Source of the DNA: an uncultured Prevotellaceae bacterium
Lineage (GTDB): Bacteria > Bacteroidota > Bacteroidia > Bacteroidales > Bacteroidaceae
Reading direction: 5' to 3'
Assembly (NCBI GenBank): GCA_900315565.1
Contig: OMZS01000021.1
Span: forward strand, 504 to 64,503
Length of the DNA: 64,000 nucleotides
A program made the translations under genes and the position numbers. A model generated the notes under the pieces. The model searched no databases. It was not told where the DNA came from and saw only the letters and a list, made by a program, of their open reading frames with translations. Shown here piece by piece: positions 37,777-47,130 of the stretch (the stretch's first letter is position 1; each line of letters starts with the position of its first letter).

Positions 37777-38789
37777 ACTTTGTTGTTACATGGGTTGACT
37801 CGAATGACCCAAATTGGCAAAAGGATTTTCGCTACTATAAAAACAGCAGCGAGGAAATTTCTGACAACTCAGAGGCCCGGTACCGCGACTGGAATCTGTT
37901 TCACTATTGGTTTCGTGCTGTTGAGGAAAATGCCCCTTGGGTTAACAAAGTATTCTTAGTGACCAATGGCACGTTTCCCAAATGGATTAACACGGAACAT
38001 CCTAAACTTGTGTTGGTTAGGCACGAAGACTATATACCCAAAAAACTTCTGCCCACATTCAATTCGCACACCATTGAGCTGTACATGCACAAGATACCTG
38101 GCCTCTCGGAGCACTTTGTCTATTTTAACGATGATTGTTACCTGAACCAGCCTGTAGAACCAGACTACTATTTCCGTGGCGGGCTACCTTGCGACCGTAA
38201 CAAGGAAACTGTGTTTAATGTGGCCCGATACACTCCTGAAGACCGATTCAACACGTATATATCGCTGTTGACTACCGTGAGTGTCATCAATGGGCACTTT
38301 AGCCGCCCCTCTGTCATCAGCCACTCGCTCAGACGATGGTTTGGACCTCATCTGGGAGCTTCAGGACTGCTTATCAGTCTGCTCGTAACAGCTTATCGCT
38401 TTGAGCGATTTGTGGGATTCAAGACCCGCCATACCGAACAGCCTTTTCTGAAGTCAGTGTTTGAAGAAACTTGGGAAAAAGAACCTGACATGCTTGCCAA
38501 AAGCTGCACCCGATTCAGGGAAGACGTGTCGTTGTCGCCTTATTTTTTCCGCTATTGGCAGCTGGCCACCAACCGTTTCTACCCCGTCAGTCTGAAAGGA
38601 ATAGAAAAAATACAGATTCGGAAAGAAAACGTACAACAGATTGCCGATGCCCTGAAGAGCAAAAAAATCAAGTCGCTCTGCCTGAATGACTGTCATTTTT
38701 GCACCAGCGAGGATTTTGTCTGGATCAATAAAATGCTACAAGAGCTACTTGAGAACAAATTTCCCAGGAAGTCGGCATTTGAAAAATAG
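37758..38789 (+). CDS. Stealth-family (CR1-CR4) sugar-phosphate transferase-like protein
   Basis: 343 aa from ATG 37758, overlapping the GT2 stop. Motifs are FVVTWVDSNDPNW (CR1), VFLVTNGTFPKWIN...LVRHEDYIP (CR2) and FVYFNDDCYL. Confidence 0.7.
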   Translation: MENTKIDFVVTWVDSNDPNWQKDFRYYKNSSEEISDNSEARYRDWNLFHYWFRAVEENAPWVNKVFLVTNGTFPKWINTEHPKLVLVRHEDYIPKKLLPTFNSHTIELYMHKIPGLSEHFVYFNDDCYLNQPVEPDYYFRGGLPCDRNKETVFNVARYTPEDRFNTYISLLTTVSVINGHFSRPSVISHSLRRWFGPHLGASGLLISLLVTAYRFERFVGFKTRHTEQPFLKSVFEETWEKEPDMLAKSCTRFREDVSLSPYFFRYWQLATNRFYPVSLKGIEKIQIRKENVQQIADALKSKKIKSLCLNDCHFCTSEDFVWINKMLQELLENKFPRKSAFEK

Positions 38790-38843
38790 AAAAGCCCAAA
38801 TAAATGTTGAACGATTCAAAATTTCAAAATAAGGAATAACGGT

Positions 38844-39671
38844 ATGAGAGAAATGACCATTAAAGATGTCCAGAAAGTTAGTTTGGAACTGCTTCGAGAC
38901 GTTCATGATTTTTGTATCTCTCATAACATTAACTACACCCTATATGGTGGCACCATGCTTGGTGCTGTGCGCCACAAAGGATTCATTCCTTGGGACGACG
39001 ATGTTGACGTGGCCATGCCCAGACCCGACTACGAACGTTTTATTAACAGTTATCAATCAGAAAAAGGTTTTGAGTTGTTTGCCTCGGGAAGTGAAGAGTG
39101 CTATTTGTCGTTCACGCGTGTCTGCGAAATGCAAAAAACGCTGGTCACAGAAGAGCGCCTGCCTTGGTGCAGCCGGCCGACAGGTGTCTGGATTGACGTG
39201 TTCCCCTTAGACGGAGCTCCCGACGACGAGAAGGAAGCGGCAGAACGGGTAAAGGTCATGCGGCAACACTGGAAAAAATGCTGCTATGCCAGAGCTTCAC
39301 ACTCTGCTTTCAGGACAGCACCCACCATGTTCAAAAAAACGAAGCTATTGTATAAGAAGACGTTTCTCAACAATCAGTTTGTAAATATTCATAAGCTTAA
39401 CAAGCAATACGAGGCTGATTGTCAGAAATATAAGTGGGGAACAACAAAGTTTTTCTGCAACTTTGCGTTTATCAGTTTTGGCATGCGTGAGTATATTCCG
39501 ATGGAAGATTATCAATCGACTATAGAAATGGAGTTCGAAGGTACAAACATGCGAGTTTGCAACGGATACGACCATCTGATGCGCCACAAATATGGCGACT
39601 ACATGCAACTGCCACCTGAGGACAAACGAACTCCAAGACACCTTCTTTGCCGTTTCTATTGGAAAGAATAG
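38844..39671 (+). CDS. LicD-family phosphotransferase 1
   Basis: 275 aa with LYGGTMLGAVRHKGFIPWDDDVDVAMPR. The C-terminal motif is KYGDYMQLPPEDKRTP. Confidence 0.85.
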   Translation: MREMTIKDVQKVSLELLRDVHDFCISHNINYTLYGGTMLGAVRHKGFIPWDDDVDVAMPRPDYERFINSYQSEKGFELFASGSEECYLSFTRVCEMQKTLVTEERLPWCSRPTGVWIDVFPLDGAPDDEKEAAERVKVMRQHWKKCCYARASHSAFRTAPTMFKKTKLLYKKTFLNNQFVNIHKLNKQYEADCQKYKWGTTKFFCNFAFISFGMREYIPMEDYQSTIEMEFEGTNMRVCNGYDHLMRHKYGDYMQLPPEDKRTPRHLLCRFYWKE

Positions 39672-39702
39672 GAAAAAATAAACAGAATAACCAATACATA
39701 CT

Positions 39703-41049
39703 ATGAAGAAAGTAATAACATACGGTACTTACGACCTCTTGCACCAAGGACACATCAATCTGCTGCGACGTGCAAAGGCATTGGGCGACTATCTGATTGT
39801 TGGTGTGACCAACGATAATTTCGACCGTGAGCGCGGAAAACTGAATGTGAAGAATAATGTGCTGGAGCGCGTAGAAGCCGTCAAAGCCACCGGTTTGGCC
39901 GATAAAATCATCATTGAGGACTATGTGGGTCAGAAGATTGACGATATACAGAAGTACGATGTCGATATATTTACCGTTGGCTCCGACTGGGTAGGTAAGT
40001 TCGACTACCTGAACGAGTTTTGCGAAGTGGTTTATTTACCTCGTACCGAAGGCATTTCGTCAACTATGCTTCGCGAAGAACAAGACGAGGATGTGAGAAT
40101 CGGTATTGTGGGAGCAGGACGCATTGCCCGTCGTTTTCCGAAGGAAGCCAGTGTGGTTAGTGCCCTGAAGATAACGGGTGTTTTTGATATCGACAAGCCA
40201 AAGGCTGAACGTTTGGCAGAAATCCAACAAATGGAAAAGACGTATGACTCTTTCGAGCAGTTGGTTGATGATGTTGACGCTGTCTATATTGCCACGCCCC
40301 ACTTATGTCATTACGAGCAGACCCGCTACGCATTAAAGCAGAAAAAACATGTGCTTTGCGAAACACCCTTAGTCCTTAATGGCAAAGAGGCGCGAGAGTT
40401 GTTTGAACTGGCCGAACAGAACAATGTGGTGCTGCTCGAAGCCAACAAAACGGCTTATTGTCCTGCGTTCAACCATCTGATGACAATGATTAAGAGCGGA
40501 CTGATTGGTGAGGTGGTGGATATAGAGGCGTCGGAATCGAAAGTGTGGGGCGACCCCACCCTTCGCGAGCTTGACCCCAATCAGGCCGGTGGCTCGTTCT
40601 ACGAACTTGGTTCCTATCCGCTGTTGCCCATTGTAAGACTCATGGGTACTGACGTGCGCAACATGAACATCTATTCACGTATGGACAACGGTGTTGACAT
40701 CTATACAAAAGGCGTTTTGAGGTTTGACAAGTCGGTTTGCTCGTTTAAACTCGGACTGGGTGTGAAGACAGAAGGCAACCTAGTGATTTCAGGAACCAAA
40801 GGCTATGCCTATGTACCTGCCCCATGGTGGAAGACTGACTATTTTGAGCTTCGATATGAAGACCAGAACAAGAACAAGAAATTCTTCTATTCTTGGGATG
40901 GCGAAGGACTTCGCTATGAGATTCAGGAATTCATTTCGTGTATATACAACAAGCGTCTTTCTTCAGCCAAATTGCGTCCCAAAGAGAGCATTTCCATGGC
41001 TGACATCATGGAGCAGTTCGGCAAACGGGTGAACTTTATGGAAATATAG
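39703..41049 (+). CDS. Fusion: TagD-like cytidylyltransferase (N) + Gfo/Idh/MocA-family oxidoreductase (C)
   Basis: 448 aa. The N-terminal part has YGTYDLLHQGHINLLRRAKALGDYLIVGV (HxGH). The Rossmann loop VRIGIVGAGRIARRF begins at about residue 130. Confidence 0.8.
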   Translation: MKKVITYGTYDLLHQGHINLLRRAKALGDYLIVGVTNDNFDRERGKLNVKNNVLERVEAVKATGLADKIIIEDYVGQKIDDIQKYDVDIFTVGSDWVGKFDYLNEFCEVVYLPRTEGISSTMLREEQDEDVRIGIVGAGRIARRFPKEASVVSALKITGVFDIDKPKAERLAEIQQMEKTYDSFEQLVDDVDAVYIATPHLCHYEQTRYALKQKKHVLCETPLVLNGKEARELFELAEQNNVVLLEANKTAYCPAFNHLMTMIKSGLIGEVVDIEASESKVWGDPTLRELDPNQAGGSFYELGSYPLLPIVRLMGTDVRNMNIYSRMDNGVDIYTKGVLRFDKSVCSFKLGLGVKTEGNLVISGTKGYAYVPAPWWKTDYFELRYEDQNKNKKFFYSWDGEGLRYEIQEFISCIYNKRLSSAKLRPKESISMADIMEQFGKRVNFMEI

Positions 41050-41114
41050 TCTCAGACAACAGCGAAAAAAAACACTAATCGTCAGTAAGCCACCAACCTG
41101 GAACTATAATGTAA

Positions 41115-42116
41115 ATGGCAAAACAGCGCAATCCATATTTCGACACCTTGAAGTATGTACTCATTGCACTCGTTGTATTTGGGCACACTTTGGCATCAAG
41201 AAAGCACGCTGGCATCAATCATGAGCTATATTTAACCATGCTTTTGTTTAAGATGCCACTTTTTATTTTCATTTCAGGCTACTTTTCCAGAGTGAAGGAT
41301 CACGATTCTTTTTTCCATGGATTGACCAAGATACTTGAAACTTTTTTGGTATTTCAGGTTATAGGATTAGTCATAGCCGTCATGAAAGGTGAGCCATTAA
41401 CGTTGAGACTTATACTCACACCCCAATGGCCTTATTGGTATTTGCTGTGCCTTGTTTACTGGCGACTGATGCTCTATTTCTTTGACATCAGGAAAAACAA
41501 TTGGAATCCTTTGTTGGTAATGGCTGCTTCTGTTGTGTTGGCCATTGGTGCAGGTTTTATTCCTATACACGAAGTGTTTGAGTTTCAGCGCACGTTTACT
41601 TTCCTACCATTCTTTGTGGCAGGTGTTTATGCTTCCAAATACCAATACACATTCACAGACACGCCTTCTGTGGCAACACGGCTGGCAGCAGCACTATTTT
41701 TATTTGCGGTGTTTGCACTGGCATTTGTCATAGAGATTCCTCAAGACCAATTATTGCTGGGAAAATGGAACTACACGAATTTTGATTTGCCTGTGACCAC
41801 GGCCTGCATGTATAGAGTTATACATTTAGTCATGGCTACAGCAATGGGTATATGTGTCATGACGCTAATACCCCACGGTCAGACGAAGGCAAGCATTCTG
41901 GGACAGGAAACATTGTTTGTCTATGTCTATCATGCCTTTTTCATCCATGGTTTGCGTTCAGCTATCCGTCACTTGCATTTTCCAAACGGCACTGTTAGCA
42001 TGATTATCTATGCTGCCATTATTCTATTGGTTCTTCACTATCTATATAGGGTGAAATTCCTTCAGTTCATGCTGAACCCCATAACAAATCTAAGAAAAAC
42101 CGACAAAAACAAATAA
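41115..42116 (+). CDS. Acyltransferase family 3 membrane protein (second copy)
   Basis: 333 aa with FDTLKYVLIALVVFGHT and MPLFIFISGYF; polytopic. Confidence 0.75.
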   Translation: MAKQRNPYFDTLKYVLIALVVFGHTLASRKHAGINHELYLTMLLFKMPLFIFISGYFSRVKDHDSFFHGLTKILETFLVFQVIGLVIAVMKGEPLTLRLILTPQWPYWYLLCLVYWRLMLYFFDIRKNNWNPLLVMAASVVLAIGAGFIPIHEVFEFQRTFTFLPFFVAGVYASKYQYTFTDTPSVATRLAAALFLFAVFALAFVIEIPQDQLLLGKWNYTNFDLPVTTACMYRVIHLVMATAMGICVMTLIPHGQTKASILGQETLFVYVYHAFFIHGLRSAIRHLHFPNGTVSMIIYAAIILLVLHYLYRVKFLQFMLNPITNLRKTDKNK

Positions 42117-42120
42117 AACT

Positions 42121-42870
42121 ATGATGACAAGAGTATTAGTTGTAGGTGGAGCCAATGGCATTGGTTTGTCGATGGCTCAGATTCTCGCCCAAAGGCCAAC
42201 CACTGAAAAGGTATATATTGTTGACAAGGCTCCATTGGCAGACGAGTATAAAAACGAAAAGACCGAAAGTTATGAGTTTGATTTAACCACGGGAGATTAT
42301 TCCATTTTCGACCATTTCAACGACATAAACGGACTGATTATCACTGCCGGGTTCGGGCGTTTGGCGCTATTTAAGGATGTACCCGAAGAAATGATTGATG
42401 CCTACTTCAACGTCAACACCATCCCTGTTATTAAGATTGTTAAGCACTTTTACGACAAACTGCTGAGTTCTGAGCATTTTTATTGCGGAGTGATGGTGAG
42501 TATCGCCGGTTTCATGTCTTCACCCTTTTTCTCGCTTTATGGTGCCACCAAGGCAGCACTGAAGGTGTTCATTGAGAGTGTCAATGTGGAATTGGAAAAA
42601 GCAGGCTCCAAAAACAGGATTCTTAATGTGTCGCCAGGCTCGATGAAAGGCACCAGTTTTAATCAGGGAAAAACCGATTTGAGCGTTACAGAGCCCATGG
42701 CCAAAGAAATATTGAGCCACATTGAGGCTAAAGACGACTTGTTTATTCCCCAATACGAAGAGATCTTCAAGACAGTGTTGGAACGCTACCATAAGGATTT
42801 TCGTGAAGAAGGCCGTCACAGCTACGACTACAAACTGCAGTCTGGCAGGGTGAATCAACAAAACAAGTAA
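42121..42870 (+). CDS. Short-chain dehydrogenase/reductase (SDR)
   Basis: 249 aa with the glycine loop VLVVGGANGIGLS and the catalytic YGATKAAL (YxxxK). Confidence 0.8.
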   Translation: MMTRVLVVGGANGIGLSMAQILAQRPTTEKVYIVDKAPLADEYKNEKTESYEFDLTTGDYSIFDHFNDINGLIITAGFGRLALFKDVPEEMIDAYFNVNTIPVIKIVKHFYDKLLSSEHFYCGVMVSIAGFMSSPFFSLYGATKAALKVFIESVNVELEKAGSKNRILNVSPGSMKGTSFNQGKTDLSVTEPMAKEILSHIEAKDDLFIPQYEEIFKTVLERYHKDFREEGRHSYDYKLQSGRVNQQNK

Positions 42871-42876
42871 GATTTT

Positions 42877-42940
42877 TCAAGGAGTTCAAGGAGTTGTAAG
42901 AAACTCAAGGAGTTCAAGGAGTAACAAGGAGTAACAAGAC
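42877..42940. repeat. Intergenic word repeats (TCAAGGAGT / AACAAGGAGT)
   Basis: The sequence is tcaaggagttcaaggagttgtaagaaactcaaggagttcaaggagtaacaaggagtaacaagac. It starts 7 nt after the SDR stop codon. Confidence 0.7.
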
Positions 42941-42961
42941 AATAGATTTGTGTAGGGAATA

Positions 42962-43810
42962 ATGGGTGAAACGATTTTCAACATGCGTGCCATGACCCTT
43001 GCAGAGATTCAGGCACAGGAATTGGAGATACTGAAAGATTTCCATGCCTTTTGTGTTGAAAAAGGTCTCACATATTCTCTCTACGGCGGCACTATGCTCG
43101 GAGCCATCCGCCATGGCGGATTCATTCCCTGGGATGACGACCTTGACGTGGCCATGCCCAGACAAGACTACGAGAAGTTTGTTGCCGAATATCCTTCTGA
43201 CAATTCCTATGAATTACATTGTCTTGAACGAGGCAACAGTATGTTGGCTTTTTCGCGAATATGCGAAATGAGCAAAACTTGGGTCAAACAGTCGTTGCCT
43301 TGGTGCAAGCACGAAACAGGTGTTTATATCGACGTGTTTCCGCTGGATGGAGCACCCGACGAGCAAGCAGCAGCGTTGCGTTTTGAGAAGCAATTGCACA
43401 AAAAGTGGATGTGCCTGAAATTGAGCCGGGTGGCTTTACGAGAACTAAAGAACTACCCCTATGCGAAAATGAAAACCAATATTCTGATACGCAAGATGCT
43501 GTTTCGGAATCCCATCACACGCAACATCGACTGGCTGGGAAGACTTGACAGAGCTTGCAAGCAGATCCCTTTTGGGAGCACCAGTCATTTCATCAATGCA
43601 TCGTTCGGAGAATATGGCATGAAAGAGTATCAGCTTTTGGAGGATTTCAAGTACACCGTGCTTAAGTCTTTCGAGGGCGAGATGTTTTGCGTTTGCAATG
43701 GTTACGACCGCCTGATGCGCACTAAATATGGCGACTACATGCAGCTGCCCCCTGAGCACCAAAGAAAGCAGAAACACGGAGGGTCAAAATTTTTCTGGAA
43801 AAACTCATGA
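42962..43810 (+). CDS. LicD-family phosphotransferase 2
   Basis: 282 aa with LYGGTMLGAIRHGGFIPWDDDLDVAMPR and KYGDYMQLPPEHQRKQ. Confidence 0.85.
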   Translation: MGETIFNMRAMTLAEIQAQELEILKDFHAFCVEKGLTYSLYGGTMLGAIRHGGFIPWDDDLDVAMPRQDYEKFVAEYPSDNSYELHCLERGNSMLAFSRICEMSKTWVKQSLPWCKHETGVYIDVFPLDGAPDEQAAALRFEKQLHKKWMCLKLSRVALRELKNYPYAKMKTNILIRKMLFRNPITRNIDWLGRLDRACKQIPFGSTSHFINASFGEYGMKEYQLLEDFKYTVLKSFEGEMFCVCNGYDRLMRTKYGDYMQLPPEHQRKQKHGGSKFFWKNS

Positions 43811-44985
43811 AGTTCAGCGAAATTGTTAAAAGAATATGGCCCCACACACTGGCCAATCTAGCTTATGCTACTGCCCGTCTGTTGGTTGGCATGAAGAAAC
43901 CGCAAGCGAACAAATTTTTTTGCATCAGTTTGTTGGGCGAAAGTTATGGCGACAACATCAAGCCGCTGTCAGACTATCTGGCAAAGCACGAACCAGAGGC
44001 TCAAATAGTGTGGGCATTCAGCAAACATTTCTCAGAGGCACATAAATGTCCGCATAAGGTTGTCAGACTATATACCGTGGCCTACTACTATCAGATGTTG
44101 ACATCCAAATACATTCTTAGCAACGCCCGCCTTAACCAGCGGATGATTCACAAACGTAAAGGACAGATATACTTGCAGACATGGCACGGGACGGCCTTGA
44201 AGCGTCTGGGCACAGACATCAAACGTAAGCGTAGCCAATGGGAACAGCTTTACAATCCTGGAGTGTTTGAGTTTGACGTCAGCAACACCGACGTGATGAT
44301 TTCCGGGTCGCGCTTTATGACCAATCTTTACCGTGACAAATTTCTGTTTAAAGGAAAGATAGCCGAAACAGGAACGCCCAGAAACGACATTTTTTTTAGC
44401 AGCCAGCCACAATTGAGACAAAAGATTTGCGATACCTACGGCTTGGAAGAAGGGAAACTGCTGATTCTCTATGCTCCCACATTCCGTGCTGACAGAAAAT
44501 ATACGTATTATAGCATCGACCTCAAACAGGTGAAAGACACCTGGGAGCGCAAGACCGGCCGTGCATGCGATTTTCTGGTGCGGCTTCACCCAAAACTCAA
44601 ACAAGACAACAAAGCCTTCGAAAAGGCATTTGGCAAGGGTGTTACCGATGTCACCAGCTACCCCGACATGCAGGAACTGCTCTATGTGTGCGACCTCTTT
44701 ATTACCGACTACTCGGCCACGATGTTCGATTTCATCTACACACGCAGGCCCCTATTGATTTTTGCCCCCGACCACGAGAGCTACAACCGAGGCTTCTATT
44801 TCCAGCTAAGCGAACTTCCCTTCATGGTCATAACCGACAATCAGGACATAGAGAAAACCCTCACCCATTTCAACCCGCAGACTTATGGCCAGCGTGTTGA
44901 CGCATTCTTAGAGCGCATAGGTTCTGTAGAAAGAGGCAATGCCACCGAGCAGGTAGTGAATTTGCTGAGAAGAACGAACAATTAA
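43807..44985 (+). CDS. CDP-glycerol glycerophosphotransferase family (TagF-like) protein 2
   Basis: 392 aa with LILYAPTFRAD, LVRLHPKL and ITDYSATMFDFIYTRRP. It has an ATGA overlap with the upstream gene. Confidence 0.85.
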   Translation: MKFSEIVKRIWPHTLANLAYATARLLVGMKKPQANKFFCISLLGESYGDNIKPLSDYLAKHEPEAQIVWAFSKHFSEAHKCPHKVVRLYTVAYYYQMLTSKYILSNARLNQRMIHKRKGQIYLQTWHGTALKRLGTDIKRKRSQWEQLYNPGVFEFDVSNTDVMISGSRFMTNLYRDKFLFKGKIAETGTPRNDIFFSSQPQLRQKICDTYGLEEGKLLILYAPTFRADRKYTYYSIDLKQVKDTWERKTGRACDFLVRLHPKLKQDNKAFEKAFGKGVTDVTSYPDMQELLYVCDLFITDYSATMFDFIYTRRPLLIFAPDHESYNRGFYFQLSELPFMVITDNQDIEKTLTHFNPQTYGQRVDAFLERIGSVERGNATEQVVNLLRRTNN

Positions 44986-44986
44986 T

Positions 44987-46288
44987 ATGCTGAACAGACT
45001 TCTAAACCGACCCTGGTTCAACAAATTGGTTGAAGCCCAATTCTTTCTGGCATGGATGGCGTGTGCCGTCTTGCCAAAGAAATTTGTCAAGGTGCTTTTC
45101 GTTGGCGAAATCGCCCTGTTCTTCCTGCTGTTCCTGGGTCACTTCAAAACCATTTATAAATACATGACCATCTCCAAGCCAGGACGAACGGTGTATTGGC
45201 TTTGGATGGTGTTTTTTGCCATAGCAGCCATTTATCTTTGGCTGTCGTACAAGGATATTCCCTATTTCTGGCGCATCCCCTTACTGCTTTACGATCAGGA
45301 GTACATTTACCGCCAGTACATGATTATTCCTGAGCTGATTGTGCCTTTAGGGCTCGGATTTATTTTAGCCCGCACGGGCACCATTTATAAATCCAACTCC
45401 CTTTTCCTGTTCCTTTTCCTGACGGGTGTCACCGGACTCTATTATTCGGGCTTTGCCAACAAGATTATGCTTTCGGGGCTGGTGGTGGCTTTGTCGAGCC
45501 TGCTGGCGCTGAAAACGCGCAATTACATCTATCTGATACTCATTCCGCTGGTCATTTCCAACCACTCGGCTTACAACATTGCTGCAGCGGCCATACTGGG
45601 ACTAATCGTCTTGAGAAGACCCATGAAAGCCTTCCTCGCCCACCACACCACTTGGCGAATCATCTTTTTGCTCATTGTAGCAGCCTCACTTATGTATTAT
45701 TACTCTGACGAGCTCTACGAGAAAATCACTACTGACGAAAACTCGCTTTGGCGACTCCGTGTGTGGGAGAACGAAATCAACTCACTTTCTGACACCTATT
45801 ATACGGGTGTCGGGTTTGGCACCACTTACGTTACCTACGACATCTACACCATCGTGAACAACCCCAACATGTATTTCGACAAAGACCGCACGCTCTACGG
45901 CCGACTGTTCATGGTGGCCAACCACAACTCGTTCCTCAACATGTTCTACCGCATGGGCCTTTGGGGAGGCATTGTCTTTCTGCTGCTCAACATCAGCATC
46001 TGCTCCTACTCCATCCATTGCTACCGAAAGGCCAAAGAATTCAGGAAATACATTTGGTGGGCATTCTCTAACTTTGTTTATCAAATCATTATTATTCTGC
46101 TCAATCCAGGACTCGAAATGATGCAGTTTGCCATCAATTACATGGGGGCCCTTTCCTTGCTTATTGGTGTCAATTACAGTCATGTGCTCGTTATGAAAGG
46201 TAAGCACAGTTACCTGCATCGCCTGTATGTGGAAGCTAAATGGAGAAAATTACAACTGAAGACCTTCATAGGCACCTCCTTGCGCTAG
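44987..46288 (+). CDS. O-antigen polymerase/ligase-like (Wzy-type) membrane protein
   Basis: 433 aa with more than 10 hydrophobic segments. There are no enzymatic motifs I can name, so the call rests on topology and context. Confidence 0.5.
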   Translation: MLNRLLNRPWFNKLVEAQFFLAWMACAVLPKKFVKVLFVGEIALFFLLFLGHFKTIYKYMTISKPGRTVYWLWMVFFAIAAIYLWLSYKDIPYFWRIPLLLYDQEYIYRQYMIIPELIVPLGLGFILARTGTIYKSNSLFLFLFLTGVTGLYYSGFANKIMLSGLVVALSSLLALKTRNYIYLILIPLVISNHSAYNIAAAAILGLIVLRRPMKAFLAHHTTWRIIFLLIVAASLMYYYSDELYEKITTDENSLWRLRVWENEINSLSDTYYTGVGFGTTYVTYDIYTIVNNPNMYFDKDRTLYGRLFMVANHNSFLNMFYRMGLWGGIVFLLLNISICSYSIHCYRKAKEFRKYIWWAFSNFVYQIIIILLNPGLEMMQFAINYMGALSLLIGVNYSHVLVMKGKHSYLHRLYVEAKWRKLQLKTFIGTSLR

Positions 46289-47055
46289 GAACCACATTCC
46301 ACCAACTCTGTCAGAAGCACAACATACCCTATTTTATGCTGGGTGGCACTATGCTGGGAGCCGTACGCCACAAAGGGTTTATTCCTTGGGACGACGACAT
46401 GGATTTTGGCATCCCACGCGACCATTACCCACGTTTTCTGCAAATAGCTCAAGCCGAGCTGAAAGGTCCTCTGCGCCTGCTCGACTACCACAACTCCGAA
46501 TATGCGGTTTTAGGCTTTGCCAAGCTCACCGACACACGCACACTGGTGAATGAGTTTTTTCGCCCAAGGTGCAACGAACAAATAGGAGTCAACATCGACA
46601 TTTTCCCCCTCGACTATGCCAATGGCCGAAAAGATTTCTTTTCGTTTAATGCCCATATCCGCAGACTGTTCAAATGGCAGAAGCTCATCTGCTTTGAGGC
46701 AAAGAACCGCCCTTGGCCCAAGCGTCTGTTGGGAAACGTTGCCAGAACTCTGCTGCTCGTTGACCGACGTTTGCCCTCAAAAATCCAGCAATCCATCGAG
46801 AAATCACTCGTAACCCGTCGTGCCGACGACTCCCGTTGGAGCATGTTTGCCAACTATCTGGGAGGTTGGGGACTCAAAGAACTGGTAGCCCGCGAAGTGT
46901 TTGGCACCCCTACACTATATCATTTTGAGAACACGCAGTTTTACGGGGCCCAGCATTCCGACGCTTACCTCAAAACGCTTTATGGCGACTACCATCAACT
47001 GCCACCGGTAGAAAAACGAACTCCCCACTCCTACGAGGCATACAGACTGGAGTAA
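46240..47055 (+). CDS. LicD-family phosphotransferase 3
   Basis: 271 aa with MLGGTMLGAVRHKGFIPWDDDMDFGIPR and LYGDYHQLPPVEKRTP. It overlaps the upstream gene by 49 nt. Confidence 0.8.
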   Translation: MEKITTEDLHRHLLALGTTFHQLCQKHNIPYFMLGGTMLGAVRHKGFIPWDDDMDFGIPRDHYPRFLQIAQAELKGPLRLLDYHNSEYAVLGFAKLTDTRTLVNEFFRPRCNEQIGVNIDIFPLDYANGRKDFFSFNAHIRRLFKWQKLICFEAKNRPWPKRLLGNVARTLLLVDRRLPSKIQQSIEKSLVTRRADDSRWSMFANYLGGWGLKELVAREVFGTPTLYHFENTQFYGAQHSDAYLKTLYGDYHQLPPVEKRTPHSYEAYRLE

Positions 47056-47130
47056 ACGGCTGACGCATCTTCCATCCCTACAAGCCGGGGGTGGGGTCTG
47101 TATTATTCCTAATCTATTTCATTTTTTACT

